The notes under the pieces are model-generated. The model saw only the letters and a list, made by a program, of their open reading frames with translations. It ran no database searches and was not told where the DNA came from. From positions 17,232 through 81,231 of the forward strand of contig JBDZVX010000002.1 of assembly GCA_040255925.1 (NCBI GenBank): 64,000 nucleotides of DNA, given 5' to 3'. Shown in pieces: positions 1 to 11,194 of the stretch (within the stretch, counting starts at the first letter, position 1; every line of letters begins with the position of its first letter). Source of the stretch: Thermomicrobia bacterium (GTDB lineage: Bacteria > Chloroflexota > Chloroflexia > Thermomicrobiales > Thermomicrobiaceae). The translations under genes and the position numbers were made by a program.

Positions 1-1
1 G

Positions 2-364
2 GTCGATATGATCGTGGACGGCCGGATCTACGTCCTCCTTCGCGATGGCCGGGTACTCGATTTCTACATGAGCGCCCTTGAGAAGACGGTCACCCCGCAG
101 GTCGTCCCGGCGATCACCGATGCCGTCGCGCTTTCGTCGCAGACTGACCGGCCCTACTACTATGTCGCTGACGATCAGGGACGGATTCTCCGGCTCGATC
201 GTGAGGGCAAGCTCGTGCAACAGTTCATGGCGGACAAGAGCGTATCTGGAGTGCCATCGCTGGACGGCATTCAGAGCATGGCGGTTGACGACGTGCTTGG
301 AACGGGCTACGTCCTGACCGATCACGGGCTCCTGATGGTGCGGTTGCCGGGCCCGACACATTGA
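2..364 (+). CDS. C-terminal part of a beta-propeller (NHL-like) protein, truncated by the window edge
   Basis: Open frame from the window start. Propeller-blade-like segments (IYVLL.DG.V, YYVADDQGRILRLD, SMAVD...GYVL). Confidence 0.6.
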   Translation, partial: VDMIVDGRIYVLLRDGRVLDFYMSALEKTVTPQVVPAITDAVALSSQTDRPYYYVADDQGRILRLDREGKLVQQFMADKSVSGVPSLDGIQSMAVDDVLGTGYVLTDHGLLMVRLPGPTH

Positions 365-380
365 TCCGATACGGGTAAGA

Positions 381-418
381 AGCCGGTGGGCGTCACGCGC
401 GCGTGATGCCCACCGGCT
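381..418. terminator. Near-perfect 38-nt inverted repeat between convergent genes, probable bidirectional terminator
   Basis: AGCCGGTGGGCGTCACGC-GC-GCGTGATGCCCACCGGCT lies between the stops at 364 (+) and 427 (-). Confidence 0.65.
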
Positions 419-426
419 CGCCTTCG

Positions 427-831
427 TCAGTTCCCCACGACGATGACCGTGCCGAGCATGCTCGGATGCAGCGTGCACCAGTACGGGAACGTGCCAGGCT
501 GCTCGAACCGGTAGCGGAACACGTCACCCTGCTCCAGGATCTTCGACTCCCAGACATTCCCCTCTTTGCTGGCCGTCGTATGTTGGGTCGGTCCGTCGTT
601 GGTCCAGACGACCGTCGTGCCGGGCTTGATCGTGATCGTAGACGGCTCAAAGGCGAAATCGACAATACGGACCTGCACCTCTTCAGACGACGCCAGCGGC
701 ACTGAAACGCTCACACCGCCTGGAGGATTCGTATTCGCCGCCGGCTGCGCGCCACCGCACCCGGCAAGCGCCACGATTGAGGCCAGCAGAAGGAGAGCCG
801 GGACGCCCCGGACGAGCGCGGGAACCAGCAT
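427..831 (-). CDS. Cupredoxin (amicyanin/plastocyanin-like) lipoprotein
   Basis: Lipobox-like LAGC after a hydrophobic stretch. Type-1 copper ligands in HT...YWCTLHPSM, plus the VxWTN motif. Confidence 0.85.
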   Translation of the reverse strand: MLVPALVRGVPALLLLASIVALAGCGGAQPAANTNPPGGVSVSVPLASSEEVQVRIVDFAFEPSTITIKPGTTVVWTNDGPTQHTTASKEGNVWESKILEQGDVFRYRFEQPGTFPYWCTLHPSMLGTVIVVGN

Positions 832-1071
832 AATGTGTCCATCCCTTGTAGCTACCGCGAAAGCGAGCCTGCGCTGCTCCCGCGCCGGATCAACCTACCC
901 CTTCTACGCGTCATCCGGCCGATCGGATGAGCCGGGCGGCGGTCCCTCCTGAGGCCCGCCCAGCAAGTATCCTTACCGTGACGCGCGATTGGGCACCGTG
1001 ATCCGCCACCAACCGGCGATTTAAGGGCGTACGACCGGTATGCTGGGCGGGAGACGAGGAGAACCGTAGTC

Positions 1072-2994
1072 ATGCGCGCCGCGCCGGCCAGCAACCACCA
1101 CCGGCCCCTGCCAGGGTTCTGGGGCACGCCCACGGAAGGCATCGTCGCCGGGGTGCTCTTAGCGGCGATTTCGACAACCCTCATGCTCGAATCGATGCGA
1201 GTCTTTGTCTCCTATACGGTGTTCGTTGTCGATGAAAGCAACCGGATCGCACTCGCGGCGATCGTCTTCGGCACGATCCTGAGCATCGGAATGGCCGGTG
1301 CACTGATCCGGGGCCTGGGTCCAGCCCAGTCCATCACACTCCCGCTCATCCTCCTGGCGATCTCGCGCATTGCTCTCCAGTTCTGGCCGCTTCCCGAGGC
1401 CCGTTTGGTCCTAGGAGCGATAGCGGTGATCGGCTGGGGCTGGCTAATGATCGCGCTGCTGTCGGTCGCACGGGAGGCCGTTGCGCTGGGGATCGGGTTC
1501 GGGCTGGGGCTCGATCTGGCGATCCGGATCGCCGCCGGCACGGTCGATCTTCCCTGGATGACCGGCTTCGCCGCCGGATCGATCACGGTCTTGTTGGCCG
1601 CGGCCATGATTGTCGCGTCCCTTCGGCATAAAACGACCGCGTACCCATCCGAACCCGCTCCAATCCGGGCGGCATCACTGATCGCGATCGGGCCGGCACT
1701 GGCGCTCTTCCATTTGATGACCGGTAACCCTGGACTGGCCCAGACCGTGACGGGGTTGATGTTCCCTCAGGCGGCCTACGCTCTGGCGCTCGGCACCGCG
1801 CTGGGTATCACCGGCAGCGTCTACATCACCGTCAACCCGTGCCGAACCCGACGCATCGCCGGGAGCCCCTACCTCACCGGTATCCTGATCTTGATCGGCT
1901 CAACCAGCCTCTGGCTGACCCACAACAACTCGGTATTGGCGCCGGCCGGTTTGGCGGCTATCACCGGTGTTGGTCTCATCCTGCTCACGCAGGCGCTGCT
2001 CATGCGGGGACGCACTGCGTACCGGCCGGGAGCCGGGTGGACTACCGTCTGGTTCACCCTAGGGATGGTGCTCCAGGTCGGGATCGAATTTGCCTATTAT
2101 ACCTTCACCGGGTTGCCGGTCCTGATCGCGGTCGCATTCCTCCTCCTGGCATTTGCAACCGGAATCGGCGGAGAACGACCACCCGTGGCCACTACCTTGC
2201 CGGCGCCGGTCCTGTTCATCCCCGCGACCGTGGTCGCGGTGCTCCTCCTCTCCTACGGCTACCATCTCATCACCTGGACAGAGCCGGCATCCGGGCCGCC
2301 GCCGGCCGGTGAACTGACGGTCGTGACCTACAACATTCAATCCGGCTTCGCGATTGATGACACGTGGAATCTTGAGCGAACGGCGCGAACAATCGAGGCC
2401 GAGCATCCGGATATCGTGGTGTTGCAGGAGGTCAGTCGCGGTTGGCTAGTGACGAGCGGGGTCGATGAGGCGATGTGGCTGAGCCAGCGACTTGCTATGC
2501 CCATCGTCTTCGGTGCCAACTCCGGTGATGAGCTGTGGGGGAACGCCATTCTCACCCGCGCGCCGATCCTGGATACGGCCAGCGAGCGCTACACCGTCAC
2601 CGAGAATCTGAAACGGAGTGTGGTTGGCGTGAAGCTCGAAACCCAGGCGGGCGATCTCTGGGTATTCGGAACGCATCTGGATAACCCTGGAAACGCGGAG
2701 GAGGTCCGGCTCGCCCAGACCCACCAACTGCTGGAATTCGTGAAGGGCCGGTCGCCGGCGTTGATTCTCGGGGATCTGAACTCCGATCCCGGTGATCCCG
2801 TTTTAAGCGCGCTCAACGCGGCCGGATTCACCGATCCGGGGAAGTTGCTGCGATCCGGAGCCTTCACGTCGAGCGACCGGCGCAGGATCGATTACATTCT
2901 GGTTCCGCCCGGCGTCACGGTGCGGGATCTCCACATCCCAGATAGCACGGCCTCGGATCACCGCCCGGTCGTCGCGCGAATTCAGTTCCGGTAA
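1072..2994 (+). CDS. Multi-pass membrane protein with a C-terminal endonuclease/exonuclease/phosphatase (EEP) domain, Cwh43/PGAP2IP-like architecture
   Basis: About 400 aa of hydrophobic helices, then EEP motifs TYNI, DIVVLQEV, GNAIL, THL, GDLN, IDYI and SDHRPV. Confidence 0.8.
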   Translation: MRAAPASNHHRPLPGFWGTPTEGIVAGVLLAAISTTLMLESMRVFVSYTVFVVDESNRIALAAIVFGTILSIGMAGALIRGLGPAQSITLPLILLAISRIALQFWPLPEARLVLGAIAVIGWGWLMIALLSVAREAVALGIGFGLGLDLAIRIAAGTVDLPWMTGFAAGSITVLLAAAMIVASLRHKTTAYPSEPAPIRAASLIAIGPALALFHLMTGNPGLAQTVTGLMFPQAAYALALGTALGITGSVYITVNPCRTRRIAGSPYLTGILILIGSTSLWLTHNNSVLAPAGLAAITGVGLILLTQALLMRGRTAYRPGAGWTTVWFTLGMVLQVGIEFAYYTFTGLPVLIAVAFLLLAFATGIGGERPPVATTLPAPVLFIPATVVAVLLLSYGYHLITWTEPASGPPPAGELTVVTYNIQSGFAIDDTWNLERTARTIEAEHPDIVVLQEVSRGWLVTSGVDEAMWLSQRLAMPIVFGANSGDELWGNAILTRAPILDTASERYTVTENLKRSVVGVKLETQAGDLWVFGTHLDNPGNAEEVRLAQTHQLLEFVKGRSPALILGDLNSDPGDPVLSALNAAGFTDPGKLLRSGAFTSSDRRRIDYILVPPGVTVRDLHIPDSTASDHRPVVARIQFR

Positions 2995-3063
2995 GGATCG
3001 TACTCCCTAGCGAAACGCCTCAGGCACGATCCGGGGCCACGCGATCGTGAACCGCTTCAGTTC

Positions 3064-3960
3064 TCAGTGAGCCGGCGGGAAGTCCGAGAGTTGGGCGATA
3101 TCGGTGAGAACGATCTGCGGCTTATCGTGGTACATCTCGGCGGTGCCGCTCACGTAGACATAGCCGCGCCCTTGCTCGGCGTAGCGCCGATCGATCAGCC
3201 GCAGGATGCGCTGGCCCGTCTCACTGTTCTTGTCAGGGATCCAGAGGTTGAACTTATGATACGGCGACCCGGCATAGACGAGCGCCCCTCCCCCGGACCA
3301 CTCTTGATATCCACCCTGGAGATCGCACAGGACGGTGATCGGGATACTGGCGTTCGCTGCCGCGATGATCTGCTGGTAGTCCAAACGCACCGAAAGCACC
3401 CCGGCCGGAATGCCGCGCTCGCGGTAGTCCTCGACGACCAATGCCCGGAGAGCCCACCACGGCACAAGTGTGGCGTAGTCGCGTGCAGGGCCGCCCTGGT
3501 TGGTGTTTGGATCCCAAATCACGAGATTGTCGGCTTGTGCCTCGACTTCCGCACGAGTAAACGCTTCGTGACAGATTCGCGAGCGGCCATACTTGACGAA
3601 GTAGGGGCTCCAACCTTCTCGGATGAGCTTGAGGTTGTAGTTCTCCCCCGCCTTGTGAACATAGCAGAGCAGACGGCCGAAGTTGTCCCGGTGCTTGTGG
3701 TCATCGACATCGACCGGGTCGTCGGTATCGAACTCGATGGAAACCCGCGTCAGGCTCCCGTTCGCGTCAGTGAAGTAGGCCTTTGCCATTTGACTAGCGG
3801 CCTTACCGGCGTTGGTAACCGGCTTCGATCCGCCAAGTTGGCTCTCCTCGGTATCGACGCAGGTAAGCCGGAGTGATTCATTCTTGCCGTTGAGGAGAAC
3901 CTTGATGGTATCTCCGTCCACGACCTTGGTGACCTGGAGGTTTTCGATCCTGGTTCCCAT
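3064..3960 (-). CDS. Thermonuclease (SNase-like) family protein with a C-terminal extension
   Basis: VVDGDT, RLxxVDTEE and DNFGRLLCYV motifs. ATG at 3960 is preceded by GGAGG; the ORF-track start at 4182 looks over-extended. Confidence 0.8.
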   Translation of the reverse strand: MGTRIENLQVTKVVDGDTIKVLLNGKNESLRLTCVDTEESQLGGSKPVTNAGKAASQMAKAYFTDANGSLTRVSIEFDTDDPVDVDDHKHRDNFGRLLCYVHKAGENYNLKLIREGWSPYFVKYGRSRICHEAFTRAEVEAQADNLVIWDPNTNQGGPARDYATLVPWWALRALVVEDYRERGIPAGVLSVRLDYQQIIAAANASIPITVLCDLQGGYQEWSGGGALVYAGSPYHKFNLWIPDKNSETGQRILRLIDRRYAEQGRGYVYVSGTAEMYHDKPQIVLTDIAQLSDFPPAH

Positions 3961-4299
3961 GACAACCCTCCATATCCAATGCAGCGACAATGGCAGCGAC
4001 TGCGGCAATCGGTAAGGGCGCGAGATAGTCAGGAACCGATGTACTTTCACAAGGATGGTGCGTGGGTGTTCCATTACAAGGTTCGCACGAGCCGCGCCAA
4101 TACGAGCATGACTTCTCGGTCGAGGCGCTCGAATGTCGAGCGATAGGGATTCGTAGCTTGCAACCATGAGGTAGCAACTCATTTGCCAAACCTTTCTGAA
4201 CGCGCATGGATACGGCGCGTTTGGGGCAAAGAAAAGAACTGTGGTACGATCCGACCCGGCTGACAGCGAGCAAGTGATAAGCGGGGCTACCCGGCAAGC

Positions 4300-4797
4300 G
4301 TGACACGCCTCTTTTTTGCCCTCACCCTTCTGATTGTGTCGATCGCACAGGCAACGATCCTTCCCGCGTTCAACGTGTACGGGATCGGGCCAAACCTGTG
4401 TCTCGTCCTGCTGCTCGTCTGGAGCGGGCTTCGAGGTGTCCCGGAAGGGCTGATTTGGGCCTTTCCACTCGGCCTCTTGTTCGATTTCCTGTCATTGGCC
4501 CCCCTAGGGTCGCACGGGCTGGCATTGGCGCCGGTAGCGATGATCGGCGGGCTCGCCCGCCAGCGGGTCTTCCACAGCGGAATACTCGTCATGATGCTCT
4601 TGGTCATCACCGCCACCCTGGCGCACCAATTTGTCGCGTCCCTGGTTGCGGCAGCCGGCGGGGAAGGGTATGGGCTCGCGGCCGCGGCACGCTTAGGATT
4701 TCTCACCGCCCTGCTCAACATGGTCGCGGTGCCACCGGTCTATCTGGTCATCCGGATCATGGACCGGTTAGGAGTGGGTCGTGCAGCGCCGGCATAA
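4300..4797 (+). CDS. mreD: Rod shape-determining protein MreD
   Basis: 165-aa polytopic membrane protein with PNLxLV and GLLFD...PLG motifs, directly upstream of a PBP2. Confidence 0.85.
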   Translation: MTRLFFALTLLIVSIAQATILPAFNVYGIGPNLCLVLLLVWSGLRGVPEGLIWAFPLGLLFDFLSLAPLGSHGLALAPVAMIGGLARQRVFHSGILVMMLLVITATLAHQFVASLVAAAGGEGYGLAAAARLGFLTALLNMVAVPPVYLVIRIMDRLGVGRAAPA

Positions 4798-7036
4798 GCG
4801 GATGGAGCTGGTCCGCCCGGTCGAGCGCAAGCGCCGGCGCTTTGGCGGGTATTTCACCGGCGATAGGACGCTCACCCGGCGGATGTTCCTCCTCAAAGGA
4901 TTGGTCCTCGGTGGATTTACCGTGCTGGCCGGAAAGCTCTGGAAGATGCAGGTCTTGGACGTCCAGGACTATGAAGACCTCGCCATGGGCAACGTCATCC
5001 GCCCGAAAGCGCTCAAAGCCGCGCGTGGCCTCATCGTTGACCGGAATGGGAACCTCCTCGCCGATAACCGGAAAAGCTGGACGGTATCGGTGATTCCGGC
5101 ACGACTCCCGGATGACGACGAACGGCGCAAGTACGTACTCGGCGAACTCACAAAGGCGCTCGAGCTGAAGGATATGCTCGTCGTCCGGCCCAACGCGCTT
5201 CCGAAAGGCTCCGAACATTTTGTCCTCCAGTCCGTCGCCACGGCGATCGGTACCGATCCGAACGATCTGATCCGTCAGGTGCTCCAAGGGACATCGAAAT
5301 CCAAGCTCATTGCGATCCGAGACGAGCTCACACCGGACGATGCCGCCCGGCTAAGACCAGCCGTCGAACAACTGGCCGGAGTCCACGTGATGAACGAACT
5401 CGACTATCTGCTCGGGCTCAACCCCGGTTCCGACGCCCCGGTCGAAGTCAAGAAAGATATCGATACGAAGATCGCGATGGCACTTCAGGCGAACCAGCTC
5501 TACCTGCCCGGTGTGGAGGTCAGCGACGACACCCTGATCCGCCAATATCCAGCCGGGCCGGAGTTCTCGCATGTCCTCGGGTACGTCGGGCCGGTGACCG
5601 AGGAGGAGTACACCGCCGGACTCGATCCAGAAGGCAACACCCTCAATAATCTCTATCTGCCGACCGATATGGTCGGCCGGGGTGGACTTGAAGAGGCACT
5701 CGAGGAATCGCTCCGTGGCCGGCGCGGGATCAAATGGGTCCAAACCGACGCGCATGGCGCGCAAGTATCGGAGATCGAACAGCGCCGGCTCAGCTCGAGC
5801 TCCGGCTTGACGGCGGTCTTGACGCTCGACCGGGATTTTCAGAAGGCGGTGGCCGTGGCCCTCCAAGAAGGGATCGATGCCGCGAACGCCGGCGCTATCG
5901 AGGAAGGGAAGGACGCGGTCGGAGCCGGTGTCGCCATCGCGATGGACCCACAAAACGGGGATATCCTGGCGCTCGTCAGCCTACCGAATTTCGACAACCA
6001 GCTCTTCGTCGACGGTATCTCCCAGGAACAATACGAAGCATACATCAACAACGAATTCAAACCGCTCACAAATTTCGCTATCAGTGGCGCATTTCCGCCC
6101 GGCTCCACCATCAAGCCCTTGATCGCGGCCTCCGCGCTCCAGGCCGGCACGCTCAAGGCAAGTTCCTATTTCGAGTGCAATGGAGCGATCCGCGTTCCTA
6201 CGATCTACGATGAGACGGGCGGCAACCGGTATGTCTGCTGGGATCCGGCGGGCCATGGTTCGGTTGAGGTCGAAGAAGCGCTGGCGCAGTCCTGCGATAT
6301 CTTCTTCTACAACGTCGGGGCCCCGGGCCAGGTCGCCGAAGGCTCGACCGTTCCGCTCCATTACTACAATCCTGGAGACTCTACCCCGCACTACTTCTCC
6401 GGGCTCGGGATCGAGAAGATCAAGCAGTATCTGGAACACGATTACGGGTTCGGGGCGATCACCGGGATTGAACTGGCCGGCGAATTGGAAGGGCTGGTGC
6501 CGGATGCGAAGTGGCTCTACCAATCATCTTTGCATGGGATCTGGTCGATTGGTGATACGATCAATGTCTCCATCGGTCAGGGATACCTGTCCTGCACGCC
6601 ACTTCAACTCCTCTGCGGCATCGCCGCGATCGCCAACGGAGGCAGCTTCTACCGGCCGCGTTTGGTCAAGGCGCTCAAGGATGAGCAAGGGAATACAGTG
6701 AAAGAGTTCGCGGCGGACGCGGTTCGGAAGCTTTCGATCCAGTCCAGCTACATCGATATCGTCCGGCGGGGCATGCGCCAGGCCGTGACCTACGGCACCG
6801 CCAAGGGGAAGTTCGCTAAGGCCCCGAGCAGTCTCACCATCGCCGGGAAGACCGGGACCGCCGAGTTCGGTCAGGCAGTCGATGGCAAATACAAGAAGCA
6901 GCACGCCTGGTTTACCGCGTTCGCGCCCTATGATAATCCCACGATCGCGCTTGCCGTCCTGATTCAAGGCGGCGGCGAGGGGGCAACCTACGCCGTGCCG
7001 GTAGCCGACGAGATGCTCGCGGCGTTCTTTAAGTAA
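4781..7036 (+). CDS. mrdA: Penicillin-binding protein 2 (class B)
   Basis: N-terminal anchor, ARGLIVDRNG, RQYP, GRGGLE, transpeptidase motifs PGSTIK, SCD and KTGTAE. Located after mreD. Confidence 0.92.
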   Translation: MQRRHKRMELVRPVERKRRRFGGYFTGDRTLTRRMFLLKGLVLGGFTVLAGKLWKMQVLDVQDYEDLAMGNVIRPKALKAARGLIVDRNGNLLADNRKSWTVSVIPARLPDDDERRKYVLGELTKALELKDMLVVRPNALPKGSEHFVLQSVATAIGTDPNDLIRQVLQGTSKSKLIAIRDELTPDDAARLRPAVEQLAGVHVMNELDYLLGLNPGSDAPVEVKKDIDTKIAMALQANQLYLPGVEVSDDTLIRQYPAGPEFSHVLGYVGPVTEEEYTAGLDPEGNTLNNLYLPTDMVGRGGLEEALEESLRGRRGIKWVQTDAHGAQVSEIEQRRLSSSSGLTAVLTLDRDFQKAVAVALQEGIDAANAGAIEEGKDAVGAGVAIAMDPQNGDILALVSLPNFDNQLFVDGISQEQYEAYINNEFKPLTNFAISGAFPPGSTIKPLIAASALQAGTLKASSYFECNGAIRVPTIYDETGGNRYVCWDPAGHGSVEVEEALAQSCDIFFYNVGAPGQVAEGSTVPLHYYNPGDSTPHYFSGLGIEKIKQYLEHDYGFGAITGIELAGELEGLVPDAKWLYQSSLHGIWSIGDTINVSIGQGYLSCTPLQLLCGIAAIANGGSFYRPRLVKALKDEQGNTVKEFAADAVRKLSIQSSYIDIVRRGMRQAVTYGTAKGKFAKAPSSLTIAGKTGTAEFGQAVDGKYKKQHAWFTAFAPYDNPTIALAVLIQGGGEGATYAVPVADEMLAAFFK

Positions 7037-7132
7037 GACTGGAAGCGAACCGGCAGCAAACCCCGCGTCATCGAGTGGCGGCCGCACGCGGAGCGTCCGG
7101 CCGGCGACTGAACCGGGAGGAGTGGAATCACA

Positions 7133-7849
7133 GTGGGGCGGAACGAGAACGGACAAGTCCGGGTTCGTGGCACCCAGGATGGGCTTGTCATGCACCTCCC
7201 GCCCGACCTGCCCCGGCCGACATTGCTCGGGCAAGTCCGGGAATGCCTGACCGGTGCCGGCGGCTTCTTCCGGCAGGCGGAGGTCGTCGTTGATTACGGG
7301 ACCCGCCCTCCGGACGTTGAGGAGATCGTCGCGCTCCGATCGGTTCTGGCTGGCAACGCGATCACCATCCGGTCGATTACCGCCGCGATTCCGGCCTATC
7401 GCGAGATCCTCCAGGCCTGGGGATACCATCCGATCCGGCTCAATGGCCGGGATAACACCATGCACGGCCGGGAGATCCCGGTCACGCATACCGAGGGGGA
7501 ACGAGGAGCGCTCTACGTCCGGCGTACGCTCCGCTCCGGATCGTCGGTTCGAAGTGCCGGCGATATCGTCATCCTCGGAGATGTGAATGCCGGTGCCGAA
7601 GTCTTCGCCGGTGGGGATGTGATCGTTTGGGGAGTCGTCCGGGGAACCGTCCATGCCGGCATGAATGGCGACTTCCAGGCCACGATCTGCGCGCTACGGC
7701 TCGTGCCGACCCAGCTCCGGATTGGAACCATCTTCGCGCGGCCGCCGGACGAGCAGGGGGGTCAGATGGATACTCCGATGATCGCCCGCGTGCAGGACGG
7801 AGAGATTGTCGTCGAGCACTGGCGCTCGGACCGGCGGGTCAGCCGGTAA
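7133..7849 (+). CDS. minC: Septum site-determining protein MinC
   Basis: TLRSG...GDIVILGDVNAGAEVFAGGDVIVWG..RG.VHAG beta-helix. Upstream of minD. Confidence 0.92.
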   Translation: MGRNENGQVRVRGTQDGLVMHLPPDLPRPTLLGQVRECLTGAGGFFRQAEVVVDYGTRPPDVEEIVALRSVLAGNAITIRSITAAIPAYREILQAWGYHPIRLNGRDNTMHGREIPVTHTEGERGALYVRRTLRSGSSVRSAGDIVILGDVNAGAEVFAGGDVIVWGVVRGTVHAGMNGDFQATICALRLVPTQLRIGTIFARPPDEQGGQMDTPMIARVQDGEIVVEHWRSDRRVSR

Positions 7850-7970
7850 CCCGGTCGCGCGGCACCGCCGGGGCCCGGCAACGTTCCAGTTAGGGGCACC
7901 GGCCCGGCCGGGACAACTTTTCCTAGCGGGCGGTCGCCGCGCACGGGAGTCTAAAGTAGGTGAGGGTAAC

Positions 7971-8834
7971 ATGGGAGAAACCGATCAACGGCGCGGCAGC
8001 GGGCGCGTCGTAACCATTACATCCGGCAAGGGTGGTGTCGGAAAGACAACGACCACGGCTAACGTCGGGGCGGCGCTGGCGGACAGAGGGAAATCGGTCG
8101 TCCTAATCGACGCGGACATCGGCCTGCGGAATCTCGATATCGTGCTCGGACTCGAAAACCGGATCGTCTACGATCTGGTCGACGTGGTGGAGGGCACCTG
8201 CCGCTTACGTCAAGCGATGATCCGCGACAAGCGGCTCAATAATTTGCACCTGATTCCGGCCGCTCAAACGCGGGACAAGGAAGCGGTCTCACCGGAGCAG
8301 ATGAGGACGCTTTGTAATGACCTCCGCCAGCAGTTCGACTTCATCCTGATCGACTCCCCGGCCGGGATCGAGCAAGGCTTCCGCAACGCGATCGCCGGGG
8401 CGGATGAGGTGCTCGTGGTCACCAACCCGGAGGTTTCTTCCGTCCGGGATGCCGACCGCATCATCGGGCTGGTTGAAGCGGCGGAACTGCCTATACCCAG
8501 GCTGATCATCAACCGGCTCAACCCGCTGTTGGTCAGCCGTGGGGATATGATGAGCATGGAGGATGTCACCGATATCCTCTCGATCCCGCTGGTCGGCATC
8601 GTGCCGGACGATGAGTCGATCGTGACATCGACCAACCGGGGCGAGCCCGCCGCGCTCAACACCCAGTCACGAGCCGGGCAGGCATTCCGGGACATCGCGG
8701 CACGGCTGACCGGCGAAGACGTTCCGATGGCGGTCCAGGATGAGCCCAAGGATGGAGCCTTGCGCCGGATCCTTCGCATGCTGAAGATTGGCGGCAACCA
8801 GGCCGTACCGCTACGAGGGGGAGGAACACATTAA
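7971..8834 (+). CDS. minD: Septum site-determining ATPase MinD
   Basis: TSGKGGVGKTT, DIGLRNLD and DSPAGIE motifs, C-terminal amphipathic helix. ATG at 7971. Confidence 0.95.
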   Translation: MGETDQRRGSGRVVTITSGKGGVGKTTTTANVGAALADRGKSVVLIDADIGLRNLDIVLGLENRIVYDLVDVVEGTCRLRQAMIRDKRLNNLHLIPAAQTRDKEAVSPEQMRTLCNDLRQQFDFILIDSPAGIEQGFRNAIAGADEVLVVTNPEVSSVRDADRIIGLVEAAELPIPRLIINRLNPLLVSRGDMMSMEDVTDILSIPLVGIVPDDESIVTSTNRGEPAALNTQSRAGQAFRDIAARLTGEDVPMAVQDEPKDGALRRILRMLKIGGNQAVPLRGGGTH

Positions 8835-9125
8835 ATGGGCTTCCTGAATTCCGTCTTCGGACGCGGGGGCAAGAAGAGTCCGCCTCCAAGCCCCCATCAG
8901 AGCGCGCATGTCGCGAAGCAGCGCCTGGTTGAGGTTCTGGTACAGGATCATGTGAAGCTCACGCCGGACGCACTGGCGGCCATCCGGGCCGACATCATCA
9001 GGAGCCTTTCCCGCCATCTTGACGTGGATGCCGATCAGCTCCAGATCAATATCACCCGAAACGAGCGGGGCGAGAACCTCGTGGCCAACGTACCGGTCCG
9101 GCGAAGCGCTGGCCGGAGGAGATAA
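8835..9125 (+). CDS. minE: Cell division topological specificity factor MinE
   Basis: SAHVAKQRL motif and L.ANVPV C-terminus. Follows minD. Confidence 0.9.
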   Translation: MGFLNSVFGRGGKKSPPPSPHQSAHVAKQRLVEVLVQDHVKLTPDALAAIRADIIRSLSRHLDVDADQLQINITRNERGENLVANVPVRRSAGRRR

Positions 9126-9131
9126 TCGGTC

Positions 9132-9557
9132 ATGGGTATCGACGGCGTGCTTGGCCCACTGTGGCTCCATCATGTCGGAATCCTCGTCGACGACCTCGAT
9201 GATGCGATCGCTCGCTACCGGGCGCTTGGATTTCCCGAGCCAGAACTCTTCGACATCACTGATCAGGGCGTGCGAGTGGCATCATTCGACGCGGGGCCTG
9301 GTTACGTCGAGATCCTGGCGCCAACCATCCCGGAAAGCGGTGTTGCCCGCTATCTGGAGTCACGCGGGCCAGGTATCCACCATGTGGCCTACGCCGTCCC
9401 GGATCTGGAATCGGCACTCAGTCAACTGGAGGAAGCGGGGTTTGAACTGATCGACCGGAGCCCACGGATCGGCGTCCATGGCTGGCGAATCGCCTTTATT
9501 CATCCACGGTCATGCTCCGGCGTACTCACCGAGCTGGTCCAGACCGACTCCGCCTAG
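9132..9557 (+). CDS. mce: Methylmalonyl-CoA epimerase (VOC family)
   Basis: HVGI.V, EIL.P, GPGIHHVAY.V, AFIHP..GVLTEL. Adjacent to a mutase gene. Confidence 0.88.
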   Translation: MGIDGVLGPLWLHHVGILVDDLDDAIARYRALGFPEPELFDITDQGVRVASFDAGPGYVEILAPTIPESGVARYLESRGPGIHHVAYAVPDLESALSQLEEAGFELIDRSPRIGVHGWRIAFIHPRSCSGVLTELVQTDSA

Positions 9558-9576
9558 GCTGGAAAGAGAGAACCCG

Positions 9577-11148
<1,572 letters not shown>

Positions 11149-11194
11149 TGGCCGCCGTTCCGGAACGGCTCCACGAGGAAGGCGGATAGCGCGT

